This document shows positions 49,419-58,815 of a stretch of 64,000 nucleotides of DNA, piece after piece. How positions within the stretch are numbered: the first letter of the stretch is position 1; each line of letters opens with the position of its first letter. The translations under genes were made by a program, and so were the position numbers. Source of the DNA: Candidatus Latescibacterota bacterium (GTDB lineage: Bacteria > Latescibacterota > UBA2968 > UBA8231); assembly GCA_965242865.1 (NCBI GenBank), contig CBDETK010000013.1:2784001-2848000 (forward strand), written 5' to 3'. The notes under the pieces were generated by a model. The model saw only the letters and a program-made list of their open reading frames with translations. It was not told the DNA's origin and did not search any database.

Positions 49419-50438
49419 GTGGCAGCAAAAAAACGAGAGCATTTTCGCGTCGGCGTCATCGGCTATGGCGGCGCGTTCAATATGGGTCGATTGCACTTGG
49501 CCTCTATGGCCAAAAACGAAGGGGTAGAAGTGGCTGCGGTTTGCGAGCTCGATGCCGAGCGGCGTCAAGTAGCCGAAGAGGACTTTCCCGGCGTCAAAAC
49601 CTACGGTCGCGTCGGCAGCATGCTGCGGAATGCAAAATTAGACTTGGTGACAATCATCACCCCGCACAACACCCACGCCAAGCTGGCGGTACAGTGCCTC
49701 AATGCCGGGGTTCACGTCGTCTGCGAGAAGCCGCTCGCCATCACCAGCGCCGAAGTCAAGCGCATGCAAGCAGCGGCCAAAAAGAACAAGGCCCTGATCT
49801 CAACGTTTCACAATCGGCGCTGGGACGGCGACTTTGTGGTGCTGCGCGATCTAATCCTCAAAGAGCAAATCATCGGCCGCGTCTTTCGCATTGAGGCCGG
49901 GTTTTACGGCTATGGCGAGCAGGGGACTTGGTGGCGCTCTAATCGCAAAATCTCGGGCGGGGCCATCTACGACTGGGGGGCGCATTTTACGGATTGGATT
50001 TTGAACATCGTCCCGGAAAAAATCGCCTCGGTCAGCGGCTATCAAGTCAAAAATTCCGCGTGGAAAAAATACGACAACGAAGATCACTCCGAATACACGC
50101 TGCGCTTCCAAAGCGGCTGCACCGCCACCCTGACGATGTCCAACTTGTCGATGAGTTCGCGGCCGCGCTGGCGAGTGCTGGGCACGCAGGGCGCGATTGA
50201 GGATGTGGGCGGCAAGTTTCTCGTCAAGGTGCTGATCAATGGCCGCCAGATGAGCACTGAGGTCCCCTTCGCCGAGTCCAATTGGGACGCGTACTACGAA
50301 AACGTTTTCGCGCATCTGCAAGGGTGCGCCGACCTCGTCATTACCCCCCAATCTGCGGGCCGGGTAATCGGCGTCCTCGAAGCCGCCAACATTTCGGCGT
50401 TGCGCGGGTCAGCACCCATCCCCCCCGCCTTTGTCTGA
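49419..50438 (+). CDS. Gfo/Idh/MocA family oxidoreductase
   Basis: VGVIGYG, TPHNTH, HVVCEKP, FHNRRWD, GG.IYDWGAH. Confidence 0.92.
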   Translation: MAAKKREHFRVGVIGYGGAFNMGRLHLASMAKNEGVEVAAVCELDAERRQVAEEDFPGVKTYGRVGSMLRNAKLDLVTIITPHNTHAKLAVQCLNAGVHVVCEKPLAITSAEVKRMQAAAKKNKALISTFHNRRWDGDFVVLRDLILKEQIIGRVFRIEAGFYGYGEQGTWWRSNRKISGGAIYDWGAHFTDWILNIVPEKIASVSGYQVKNSAWKKYDNEDHSEYTLRFQSGCTATLTMSNLSMSSRPRWRVLGTQGAIEDVGGKFLVKVLINGRQMSTEVPFAESNWDAYYENVFAHLQGCADLVITPQSAGRVIGVLEAANISALRGSAPIPPAFV

Positions 50439-50760
50439 GCAAGTGCTGCCCCGCCTCCACCCATCGGCACCCCTATCCGCGCTCTTGGGGATCGGTTGCC
50501 GCTCGGGAGCCACGGTCGTCGGCCTGTCGGCCGTGCGCCGTGCCAAGAGGCTGGCCTTTGTATTTGCCAGCAGCAATCTAGCTCCCCGCACGTTGCGCGA
50601 GTTGGCGCGCTTGGAGCGCGGTGGTACGCGCGTCTTTCAAGTACAGGCCATGGAAGCACTCACTCAGAGCTTTGGCCGCGAGGACGCCCAAGTGGTCGGC
50701 GTTTTGCGCGGCGACTTAGCCCGTGGATTGGCCAAGCACCTAAAGGAACACACACCATGA
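50431..50760 (+). CDS. L7Ae/YlxQ-like small RNA-binding protein
   Basis: LLGI..RSG..VVG..AVR...VF.SS.....T...L...L..SFGR....VVGV...LA. Confidence 0.55.
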   Translation: MSEQVLPRLHPSAPLSALLGIGCRSGATVVGLSAVRRAKRLAFVFASSNLAPRTLRELARLERGGTRVFQVQAMEALTQSFGREDAQVVGVLRGDLARGLAKHLKEHTP

Positions 50761-52040
50761 CCATATCAGTCGTATGCGGGACCAATTGGGGCGACGAGGG
50801 AAAGGGCCGGATGATCGACTATCTGGCTCGGGACGCGGATGTCGTCGTCCGCTTTCAAGGAGGGGCCAACGCCGGCCACACCGTAGTAAACGAATGCGGC
50901 ACCTTTAAGCTGCACTTGGTGCCCTCGGGGATATTCAACCCAGCGGTCGTCAACGTGTTGGGGCCGGGCGTAGTCGTCGATCTCCAAGTCTTAGCAGAAG
51001 AGCTTAACGACCTGTCCGCAGCCGGGTTTTCAATCGACTCGGTGCGGGTGTCTGATCGGGCGACGATTTGCTTCCCGTTTCACCGGCTGGAAGACGAATG
51101 GGAAGAAGAGCGGTTGGGCGAGCACGCCTTTGGCTCGACGCGGCGCGGCATTGCCCCGGCGTATGGCGATCGCTTCCTCAAGAAGGGCATCCAAGTCGGC
51201 GAATTGCTGCATCCAGACCGCCTCAAGGAGCGGCTCCGGCCGCTCGTGGAGTGGAAGAACTTGGTCGCCGCCGGCGTCCACGGCCGAGGAGACGCCATCC
51301 AATACAGCGAGGTGCTCGATCACGTCTTTTCTTATGGCGAGCAGATCAAGGACCTGATCTGCGACACCACGGTCCTGCTCGAAGAAGCGGCCCAACGCGG
51401 GCAGAACATTTTGTTTGAGGCCCAAATGGGCGCGTTGCGCGACGTCGTGTACGGCATCTATCCCTACACTTCGTCGTCGTGTTGTTTGGCGTCTTTTGCC
51501 CCCATCGGCGGCGGCCTCGTCGGGCACTTCCCGGATCGAGTTATCGGCGTGATGAAGGCTTTTTCTACGTGCGTTGGGGCCGGTAGCTTTGCCACTGAAA
51601 TGGCCGGCGAACAAGCGGGCCTGCTCCGCGAAATGGCGTACGAATACGGCGCGACCACCGGGCGGCCCCGCCGAATTGGCCACTTCGACGCCTTGGCCTC
51701 GCGCTATGGTGCCCAAATACAAGGATCCACGGAAATCGCCCTGACCAAGCTCGACAGCTTGTCCGGCCTCGATCCTTTGCTCTTGTGTACGCACTACGAG
51801 TGCAATGGACGGCGCGTGGAGCGGTTTCCCTTGAACCCGGTTTTGGACAAAGCGCGGCCCATATACAAGGAAATGCAGGGTTGGCGAGAAGACATCCGCT
51901 CGTGTCGGCGCTTTGGCGATTTGCCCGCAGCAGCCCGCGCGTACGTGCTGGAAATCGAGCGGCTCATCGGGTGCCGCATTCGCTACGTCTCCGTGGGGCC
52001 AGAGCGACCCAGCCTCATCGACCGCGCCGCTTCCGACTAA
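50757..52040 (+). CDS. purA: Adenylosuccinate synthetase
   Basis: WGDEGKG, RFQGGANAGHT, LHLVPSG, GSTRRGIAPAY, EYGATTGRPRRIG.FD, LTKLD, VSVGP. Confidence 0.97.
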   Translation: MTISVVCGTNWGDEGKGRMIDYLARDADVVVRFQGGANAGHTVVNECGTFKLHLVPSGIFNPAVVNVLGPGVVVDLQVLAEELNDLSAAGFSIDSVRVSDRATICFPFHRLEDEWEEERLGEHAFGSTRRGIAPAYGDRFLKKGIQVGELLHPDRLKERLRPLVEWKNLVAAGVHGRGDAIQYSEVLDHVFSYGEQIKDLICDTTVLLEEAAQRGQNILFEAQMGALRDVVYGIYPYTSSSCCLASFAPIGGGLVGHFPDRVIGVMKAFSTCVGAGSFATEMAGEQAGLLREMAYEYGATTGRPRRIGHFDALASRYGAQIQGSTEIALTKLDSLSGLDPLLLCTHYECNGRRVERFPLNPVLDKARPIYKEMQGWREDIRSCRRFGDLPAAARAYVLEIERLIGCRIRYVSVGPERPSLIDRAASD

Positions 52041-52043
52041 GCC

Positions 52044-52517
52044 ATGCCTTGGGAAATTGAGCGCAAGTACCTCGTGGCCGACCGCTCGTGCCTCGACTCG
52101 CTCGCGGGCGTCGCCTTTCGGCAGGGCTACATTCCCACTCAAGACGGTCGTGTGGTGCGCGTACGAATTGAGGGCCAGCGAGCGGTGCTCACGCTCAAGG
52201 GCTTGACGAGCGGCATTGCGCGGCGCGAGTACGAATACGAAATCCCGCGCCCAGACGCCGAGATCATCCTAGCAGAGTTGTGCCAGCGGCCTTACATCGA
52301 AAAGACCCGCTACACCTTGCCTTGGGCGGGCAAGGCTTGGACCATCGACGTATTTTCTGGCGAAAACGAGGGGTTGGTGCTCGCCGAAATCGAGTTGAGC
52401 CGCCGGGACGAAGGCGTGGAGAAGCCGCCTTGGGCTGGCGTCGAAGTGTCAGGCGATCCCCGCTATCACAACTCCAACCTCGTGCATAACCCCTATTGCA
52501 ACTGGCGGGCCGATTAG
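52044..52517 (+). CDS. CYTH domain protein
   Basis: EIERKYLV, QGY, VRVR, LTLKG, EYEYEIP, IEKTR, LAEIEL, RY.NSNL. Confidence 0.92.
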   Translation: MPWEIERKYLVADRSCLDSLAGVAFRQGYIPTQDGRVVRVRIEGQRAVLTLKGLTSGIARREYEYEIPRPDAEIILAELCQRPYIEKTRYTLPWAGKAWTIDVFSGENEGLVLAEIELSRRDEGVEKPPWAGVEVSGDPRYHNSNLVHNPYCNWRAD

Positions 52518-52822
52518 ACGCTTCCATCGCCATCCTAAATGACTTGAAAGCATGGAATGTTGATCGGCACTCTTTTTTGCATTTTTATAGATCCAATGTT
52601 GTCGGCTTCTATAGCTTCAATGCCGAACGACAGAGGTTACGCTCCCAAGTGCAATTGGTAGTACAGGATGCACTCAAAGGCGAAGCAGTGCTGGATAAGA
52701 CGCTCATCATTCATCAGAACTTCATGAGGAACTTCGAGCCGGACGACGAGTCCATTCTCGATGCGTTTTACCAAGAAGCAGCGCGCACTGTGGCGCGAGA
52801 AGTGTCGCCGCTGTTCGATTAA
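52496..52822 (+). other. Possible 3' fragment of an unknown gene at the island boundary
   Basis: Protein-like 108-codon ORF with no credible start or RBS; GC content drops here. Confidence 0.35.
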
Positions 52823-53007
52823 GCGGGGTAGGCGAGTACATCCACGAGACTACTACATACTGGTGATCCTCAAGTATGGGGGACCGCGGCTATACCGGAG
52901 CCTGCGTTCGTTCTTTCTGGGGCTGATTCAGTCCATTCGTCCAGCAGGACGATGATGCCCCAGTAGTCGGTTTTGAAAAATTGACGTAACACCAAATACG
53001 CCGGTAT

Positions 53008-53036
53008 TTGACAAAGTTCGTTCGATAATCTAAACT
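53008..53036 (+). promoter_or_regulatory. Putative sigma70 promoter of the defence operon
   Basis: TTGACA-17 nt-TAAACT, about 30 nt before the XRE-IrrE start. Confidence 0.65.
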
Positions 53037-53065
53037 TTACCGCCGTCATTGATCGGAGATACTCC

Positions 53066-54289
53066 ATGATCATTACTCCTGAAGAGATCGGGCAACGGCT
53101 GCGTTGGGCACGCGAAAGCCGGCCGATCACCCAAGAGGCCGCCGGTGCCGCGCTCGGCCTCCAGCGGTCCGCCATCAGCCTCATGGAATCCGGCCAGCGG
53201 CAGGTCTCCACGCTCGAGTTGACTCATCTCGCGGACCTGTACGGCCGGCCGATCGAATGGTTTGTTGACCCGAATAGCCAGATCGACCAAGAAGACCCGG
53301 TCGTCGCGCTTTTTCGCGCCGATCCAGGCCTGCAAAGCGAGGTCGTCCAAGCGCACACCTCGCGTTGTCTGCGCCTGCTCCGCGAAGGGGCGTCGCTGCG
53401 ACGCTTAACGGGCGGCCGGGCTGCGGTCTCCCTACCGCGCTACGAACTGCCGCCCCCGAGATCAATAGGGCAGGCGATTGCCCAAGGCCAGCTTGTGGCC
53501 GAGCAAGAGCGGCGGCGTCTCGACTTAGGCCAAGCCCCTGTCAAAGTGCCTGAAACCTTGGCCCACCAAAATATCTGGACAGCCTCCTTGCCATTACCCG
53601 ATGAAATCTCGGGTCTTTTTCTGAGCAGCCCCGACTTCGGCATGGCAATTTTAGCCAATCGCACCCAAGCCCCGGTGCGGCGGCGGTTTTCGTTTGCCCA
53701 CGAACACGGCCACGCGCTTATGGACCGCGATGAGGCGGCCACTGTTACGAGTGCTCACAACGCCAAAACGCGAACCGAACAGCGGGCCAATGCCTTTGCC
53801 GCGGCCTTCCTCATGCCCGAAGAGGGCGTCCGAGATTTTCTGCACAACTTGGGCAAAGGGCGGGGGACGCGCCGCGAGGAAGCAGCGATGGATGCCGTCA
53901 CCGAAGAAGGAATCCAAGGTCAGTTGCGTAGCCCGGCGCGTTCACAAAATGTAACCTATGCCGATGTGGTGCTTTTGGCTGAGCACTTTGAGGTAAGCTA
54001 TGCGGCGGCGGTTTGGCGGCTGCGCGGCTTGAATCTCGTCGGTCAAGCTCAGGCCCAAGCACTGCTCGACCAGTCTGAAGACGCCAAGCGATACCTTCGC
54101 ACTGTAAAGGCATCTTCGGATGTAGAGGATTCCGAAGACGAAGCATCTTGGGACCACGAATTGGCTTGGCAGATTTTGTCGCTGGCTCTGGAAGCGTGGT
54201 GGCGCGGGGAGATTTCGCAGGGACGGCTGTTGGAAGTGGGGCGATTGTTGGATATTGACGACGAAATGATCCTCGATTTGGCGGAATGA
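53066..54289 (+). CDS. XRE HTH fused to ImmA/IrrE metallopeptidase
   Basis: IG.RLR..RE....TQE..G..LG..RS.IS..ESG.R; RRRFSFAHEHGH; E.RANAFAAAFLMP; LAEHF.VS..A..WRL. Confidence 0.9.
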   Translation: MIITPEEIGQRLRWARESRPITQEAAGAALGLQRSAISLMESGQRQVSTLELTHLADLYGRPIEWFVDPNSQIDQEDPVVALFRADPGLQSEVVQAHTSRCLRLLREGASLRRLTGGRAAVSLPRYELPPPRSIGQAIAQGQLVAEQERRRLDLGQAPVKVPETLAHQNIWTASLPLPDEISGLFLSSPDFGMAILANRTQAPVRRRFSFAHEHGHALMDRDEAATVTSAHNAKTRTEQRANAFAAAFLMPEEGVRDFLHNLGKGRGTRREEAAMDAVTEEGIQGQLRSPARSQNVTYADVVLLAEHFEVSYAAAVWRLRGLNLVGQAQAQALLDQSEDAKRYLRTVKASSDVEDSEDEASWDHELAWQILSLALEAWWRGEISQGRLLEVGRLLDIDDEMILDLAE

Positions 54290-54295
54290 GGCTCT

Positions 54296-54835
54296 TTGAA
54301 TGCAACGGCAAGGCCAATGCCGATTGTCCTCGACACTTCGATCTTGCTGAATTTTGTGAAGATCGGTCGGATTGAGTTGCTCGGTCAGCTTGGCACATCG
54401 GTCGTACTGCTTGACCAAGTGTTTGGTGAAGTCAGGCGTTCGGAACAAAGGGCGGCGGTTAAAAGTGCTGTGGCTTCGGGCACACTTGAGTTACAAAGCG
54501 TCCGCGATCTAGTAGAGGTTGTCCTGTTTACAGAACTTCGGGCAGGTGGGCGGCTTGGAGCCGGCGAGTGCGCTGTTCTGGCTGTTGCGCTTACTCGAAA
54601 TTGGATCGCTGGGCTTCAGGACCGCAAGGCGTACGCTGAGGGCAAGTGCCGACGCGAAGACTTGGTGATCTGTAAGACAGAGGACTTGGTGTTGACGCTG
54701 ATTAAGACTGGCTGCTTAACCATAGAAGAAGCCGACGAGCTTCTTGTCGAGTGGGCGGCGAAGCACCGATTCAGGTCAAGGCTTACCAGTTTTCGCGATC
54801 TGATGCGTGATTTTGAAGGCGATTATCGTGAATGA
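54296..54835 (+). CDS. PIN-like domain protein
   Basis: IVLDTSILLNF...GR..LL, LGAGE...LA.A, D.KA. Confidence 0.75.
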   Translation: MNATARPMPIVLDTSILLNFVKIGRIELLGQLGTSVVLLDQVFGEVRRSEQRAAVKSAVASGTLELQSVRDLVEVVLFTELRAGGRLGAGECAVLAVALTRNWIAGLQDRKAYAEGKCRREDLVICKTEDLVLTLIKTGCLTIEEADELLVEWAAKHRFRSRLTSFRDLMRDFEGDYRE

Positions 54836-55811
54836 GCCATTTTACATCCTAGCTATTGATGGAGGTGGATTTCGAGGACTCTTTGCGGCCCATCTGTTAA
54901 AGAGAATGGAAGAGGTGTGGCAACTTGATTGGAGAAATCGCTTTCATTTATTGGCTGGCACCAGTACAGGAGCGATTCTGGCCGCTGGGCTGGCTTGTGG
55001 AAAGACTGCCGTGCAATTAGCCGACTTCTACGAGAGGCACGGCAAGGCGATCTTCGCCCCTCGACTACGGGTTAGGTCCGATTTTTTACAACTTTTCACG
55101 AGCCGATACTTGAACCGAAAGCTCAAGACACGCCTTGAGGAAATGTTGGGCGAGGTAACTTTGGGTCAGGTTAAAACCCCACTTATCCTACCTTCCGTTG
55201 ACATTGGCAACGGTTGTGTGCATGTTCTCAAATCGAAGTACAACGATAACTTTGTTCGGGATACTAATGTGCGTGTGTCAGATGCGGTCTTAGCATCCTG
55301 CTCTGCTCCGACCTACTTCGATCCTGTCGTAGTTGATAATAAGTACCAACTCGCTGACGGTGGACTTTGGGCCAATAACCCATCTCTTGTGGCGGCCACT
55401 GATGCTCATTATCGGCTCAAAATTCCGCTTAAAAGAGTGCGAGTCCTCTCCATTGGCACTGGTAAGAGCCAAGTATTCTACCCTCGGAGCCACGGTAAAT
55501 GGAAAGACCGTTTACTCTATAGATGGCAAGGATGGGGCCTGCTGACTCGCTGGCAGCGTAGCGAGTTCATCAACTTTATATTCAACCTTCAATCCGAGAG
55601 TGCCCACAACATGCTTTGCTTACTTATGGGCGAGAGCCCGCTCGCCTCAGATAAAGTTTTTCGGTTGACCTTTGAATCGGACCAACCGTTGCCCTTGGAC
55701 GATGTGCGGAAGCGAGACGATTGGATCGCAAAGGCGGACCATATCTTTGCCCACCAATCACCAAGAATTGCCGAATTTCTCTCTATCAAAAGGAGTAGCC
55801 ATGGTGAATAA
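54828..55811 (+). CDS. Patatin-like phospholipase, CBASS effector (CapV/CapE-like)
   Basis: DGGGFRG, GTSTG, SCSAPTYF, DGGLWANNP, LSIGTG; directly upstream of the CD-NTase. Confidence 0.88.
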   Translation: MNEPFYILAIDGGGFRGLFAAHLLKRMEEVWQLDWRNRFHLLAGTSTGAILAAGLACGKTAVQLADFYERHGKAIFAPRLRVRSDFLQLFTSRYLNRKLKTRLEEMLGEVTLGQVKTPLILPSVDIGNGCVHVLKSKYNDNFVRDTNVRVSDAVLASCSAPTYFDPVVVDNKYQLADGGLWANNPSLVAATDAHYRLKIPLKRVRVLSIGTGKSQVFYPRSHGKWKDRLLYRWQGWGLLTRWQRSEFINFIFNLQSESAHNMLCLLMGESPLASDKVFRLTFESDQPLPLDDVRKRDDWIAKADHIFAHQSPRIAEFLSIKRSSHGE

Positions 55812-55884
55812 AATACCAATTTCTTACTACCATCCATTCGTTGCAAATTCCGTCCCAACATTCACCACAAAGAACACCCACTAG
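55801..55884 (+). CDS. Possible 27-aa small ORF within the CBASS operon
   Basis: AAGGAG RBS then MVNKIPISYYHPFVANSVPTFTTKNTH*; its stop abuts the CD-NTase RBS (TAGGAGG). Confidence 0.35.
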   Translation: MVNKIPISYYHPFVANSVPTFTTKNTH

Positions 55885-55897
55885 GAGGATCTACGAC

Positions 55898-56872
55898 ATG
55901 AAGCACACTCAGTTCTTCAATGATTTTCTCGGCGATGAGGTAAATCTCAATCCCTCGCGGCTCGACAGATTAAATGATAGTGTGAAGGCTATCAGCGAAT
56001 TTTTGTCCAGAAACTTGGACTCTTATATAACGGTAGAGCGCCAAGGGTCGTATGCCTTGCGTACTATCATTAAACCCGTCAGAGAAAACCAAGGATATGA
56101 TGCCGACATATTGCTGTATATGAAGTATATGAGCGGATATCCTAGGGACTATATCAACGCGCTCTACCAATGCCTCAGAAAAAACAGGGTGTATGCGGAG
56201 AAAGCGCGTCGGAAAACCAGATGCGTGGTCTTGGACTATGCGGGTGACTTCCACTTGGACATTGTTCCGTGCGTACCTTGGGGAAACGGAAACCAGAGGA
56301 TCTGTAATAACGAAACCAACGAATTCGAGCCAACCGATGGGACAGGATACAGAGACTGGTTCAACTACAAGACCAAGATCACGCATGGAAATCTCAAAAG
56401 GGTCACGAGACTCTTAAAATATCTCAGAGACCACAAGGGGAATTTCACTGCGAAATCAATTCTCCTGACCACGCTCATAGGTAATACCGTGCGTGATGAG
56501 AGTGATAGTGACCTCTTCAGAACCTTGCCTGATGCTCTGAAGATAGTATCGAATCGCATAAATGATTTCTTGCAAATCAACCGAGTGATGCCGAAGGTCA
56601 CCAATCCCGCCTTACCTGAAGAAGATTTCACGCGGCACTGGGATCAAGAGAAGTACGATCACTTCAGGTATCTATTCAAAATCTACAATGACAAGATCAA
56701 CGCAGCTTTCGATGCCGCAGAACATGATGACAGCATCGAAAAGTGGCGCGGCGTATTTGGAGATAACTTTGGGAAAAAGCGAGGCGATGGTGGCGGTGGG
56801 AATATCAGTGGCCGTCGAGGAGCAGGGGTAGGCACTGTCGCGGTAACGCCTAGGAAGCCGTATGCGCGATGA
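55898..56872 (+). CDS. cGAS/DncV-like nucleotidyltransferase (CD-NTase, SMODS)
   Basis: QGSYALRTIIKP, YDADI, RCV.LDY...FHLDIVP, RLLKYLRD, KSILLTTL, W..VFG..F, Gly-rich tail ending RKPYAR. Confidence 0.9.
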   Translation: MKHTQFFNDFLGDEVNLNPSRLDRLNDSVKAISEFLSRNLDSYITVERQGSYALRTIIKPVRENQGYDADILLYMKYMSGYPRDYINALYQCLRKNRVYAEKARRKTRCVVLDYAGDFHLDIVPCVPWGNGNQRICNNETNEFEPTDGTGYRDWFNYKTKITHGNLKRVTRLLKYLRDHKGNFTAKSILLTTLIGNTVRDESDSDLFRTLPDALKIVSNRINDFLQINRVMPKVTNPALPEEDFTRHWDQEKYDHFRYLFKIYNDKINAAFDAAEHDDSIEKWRGVFGDNFGKKRGDGGGGNISGRRGAGVGTVAVTPRKPYAR

Positions 56873-57525
56873 AGCTAACTGACAGCGACATTGAGTGGTT
56901 GAGGGCTTCTTTCCCTAGTTTGGTGTACTATCAAAATGCTCAGAGGATCGTTGGAGAATTGGACTTCTGCGCTTGTTTTGACAGTACAACCGACAAGATA
57001 CGAATCTAAGGACTTGAGCGCGACGATACTATCAGAAACTCAGATAGTGTTATTTGTGACGTGTTTGAGATCGAGATTCGTCTAGATGCTGATTCCATAC
57101 ATCCCAATGGCTGGCCTAAAGTATTTGAGGTCGGAGGAAGAGCTAATGCGATTGTAAAAAAATGCTGTATAAAGAAGATAGATTTGCACTTTTATTCCGA
57201 TGACGATTCATGCTGTTTAGGTATTAGGTATGCGCGTGAAAAAAATCTGACAATTGCCCGTTTTCTTTACGATCTGGTCATTCCCTTCTTGTATCGACTA
57301 TCATATATCGACCAGTTTGGGATCGAAGCGGCTCGAAATGATCTGTGGGGTGAGTATTCACATGGAGGTTTGGGGTTAATAGAACACGCAAGGAATACAT
57401 CCCATCTCGCTTCGCATAACGTTGGGAGAAATGGACCTTGCCCCTGTGGTAGCGGTGCAAAGTACAAGAATTGTTGTTTAGACGAAGTTCAAGCGGTGGA
57501 GAGAATAGCGAGATCGAGACGTTAG
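56869..57525 (+). pseudogene. Ubiquitin-E2-fold protein with C-terminal SEC-C motif, interrupted by TAA at 57007-57009
   Basis: ATGA-coupled to the CD-NTase. MKLTDSDIEWL...KIRI*GLE... stays in frame through WPKVFE.GG...DLHFY...SCCLG...GEYSHG..G and GRNGPCPCGSGAKYKNCC. Confidence 0.78.
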
Positions 57526-57570
57526 AAAACACTATCTTTGGTTCGCTTGATGGAACTTGGAAGGTGACCT

Positions 57571-58704
57571 ATGAAAGGCAACGAATTCCTGCGACCACGC
57601 CTGTGCGGTACTCGCTTTGAAGGAGGCGGCATTCCGTTAGAAATTCTCAGTGACTTGGCCGTTCTCAAAGAGATGCTAATAGAAGTCGCCAAATGGAAAT
57701 TCCTTCAAGCACACCCTGATCGCCAACGTTCTCCCCGGGGCTTCACGGAGGGTATTGAACTGAAACTCTCCGGTGTAGAAGCGGGGAGTGCTGTTCCGAT
57801 AATCAGTCTGTCCGATACCTCTTCCCAGCTTTCGATGATGCCCAGACAGAACCTGGGTTACTTTGAGCAGGCACGTGAGGCCCTTGTTAGCACTATTGGC
57901 GCAGCCGAACATAACGGATCGGCGACAAGTCACTTACCTGAGGAGTACTTGGCGTACTTCAACCGAATTGGGCGGAGTTTGCGCGACAACGAGAGCATCG
58001 AGTTTGTCACTCCTCAACACTCAACGCAGGTGCGACTGACCAGAAAGACGCGGCACAGACTGATTCTCGCGTCTTCAAAAATAAAGGAAATCGCCGAGGA
58101 AGTGGTTCTGCGCGGCTCAATTCCCGAAGCCGATCAAGATCGAAGGACGTTCGAGTTGCAGTTGATACATGGACATAAAGTCCCCTGCCCCATCCCCGAC
58201 CCGCATATTGATACGATTCTCAAGGCATTTAATGGCTACCGGGAGAACCTGCGAGTGCTCCTTCAGGGAATAGGCAAATACGATAGACAAAATCGGTTAG
58301 TAGGCGTGGAGGCGGTTGAACATATCAGTTTGCTCGATCCTTTGGACGTTCCGGCCCGTCTCGATGAGTTCCGCGACATGAAGGACGGTTGGCTCGAAGG
58401 GGAAGGAGTGGCTCCGTCCATGGACGGCCTCGACTGGTTGGCCTCGACTTTTGACCGCCACTTTCCAGATGACTTGCCCTTGCCTTATCTCTATCCGACG
58501 CCCGAAGGCGGCGTAGAAGCAGAATGGTCGCTGGGGTCACAGTCCGTTATTTTTGAAATTGACCTTGCGACTCACCGAGACGATTGGCTTTGTTTTGACA
58601 AGCAATCGGATTGCGAGGATACGCGGTTGCTGAATCTGGATACGGCTGATAGTTGGGCGTGGTTGGTGACTGAAATTCGTCGCTTGAAAGAGGCGGGGAA
58701 ATGA
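57571..58704 (+). CDS. Hypothetical protein (377 aa)
   Basis: Long ORF with RBS, in operon orientation; C-terminal DGW..EG.AP...P.LYPTPEGGV.AEW; family not recognised. Confidence 0.75.
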   Translation: MKGNEFLRPRLCGTRFEGGGIPLEILSDLAVLKEMLIEVAKWKFLQAHPDRQRSPRGFTEGIELKLSGVEAGSAVPIISLSDTSSQLSMMPRQNLGYFEQAREALVSTIGAAEHNGSATSHLPEEYLAYFNRIGRSLRDNESIEFVTPQHSTQVRLTRKTRHRLILASSKIKEIAEEVVLRGSIPEADQDRRTFELQLIHGHKVPCPIPDPHIDTILKAFNGYRENLRVLLQGIGKYDRQNRLVGVEAVEHISLLDPLDVPARLDEFRDMKDGWLEGEGVAPSMDGLDWLASTFDRHFPDDLPLPYLYPTPEGGVEAEWSLGSQSVIFEIDLATHRDDWLCFDKQSDCEDTRLLNLDTADSWAWLVTEIRRLKEAGK

Positions 58705-58815
58705 ACGACGACACCTTGCTCTATCGGGTGACCAATCCCGACAAATTGTTCCAAGCGGGCGAAATTTGCTTTTTGTCCGTGTTACCTTTTCGAGAAGATA
58801 GCTCAAGGTTTGGAG
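58701..58815 (+). pseudogene. 5' stub of a partner gene truncated by the duplicated segment
   Basis: ATGA-coupled MNDDTLLYRVTNPD... runs into the repeat at 58816. Confidence 0.5.

Noticed and set aside
52044-52517. CYTH protein as a CBASS/Pycsar cyclase or signal-degrading enzyme
   Set aside because: Coupled to purA with backbone GC content, and upstream of the island promoter.
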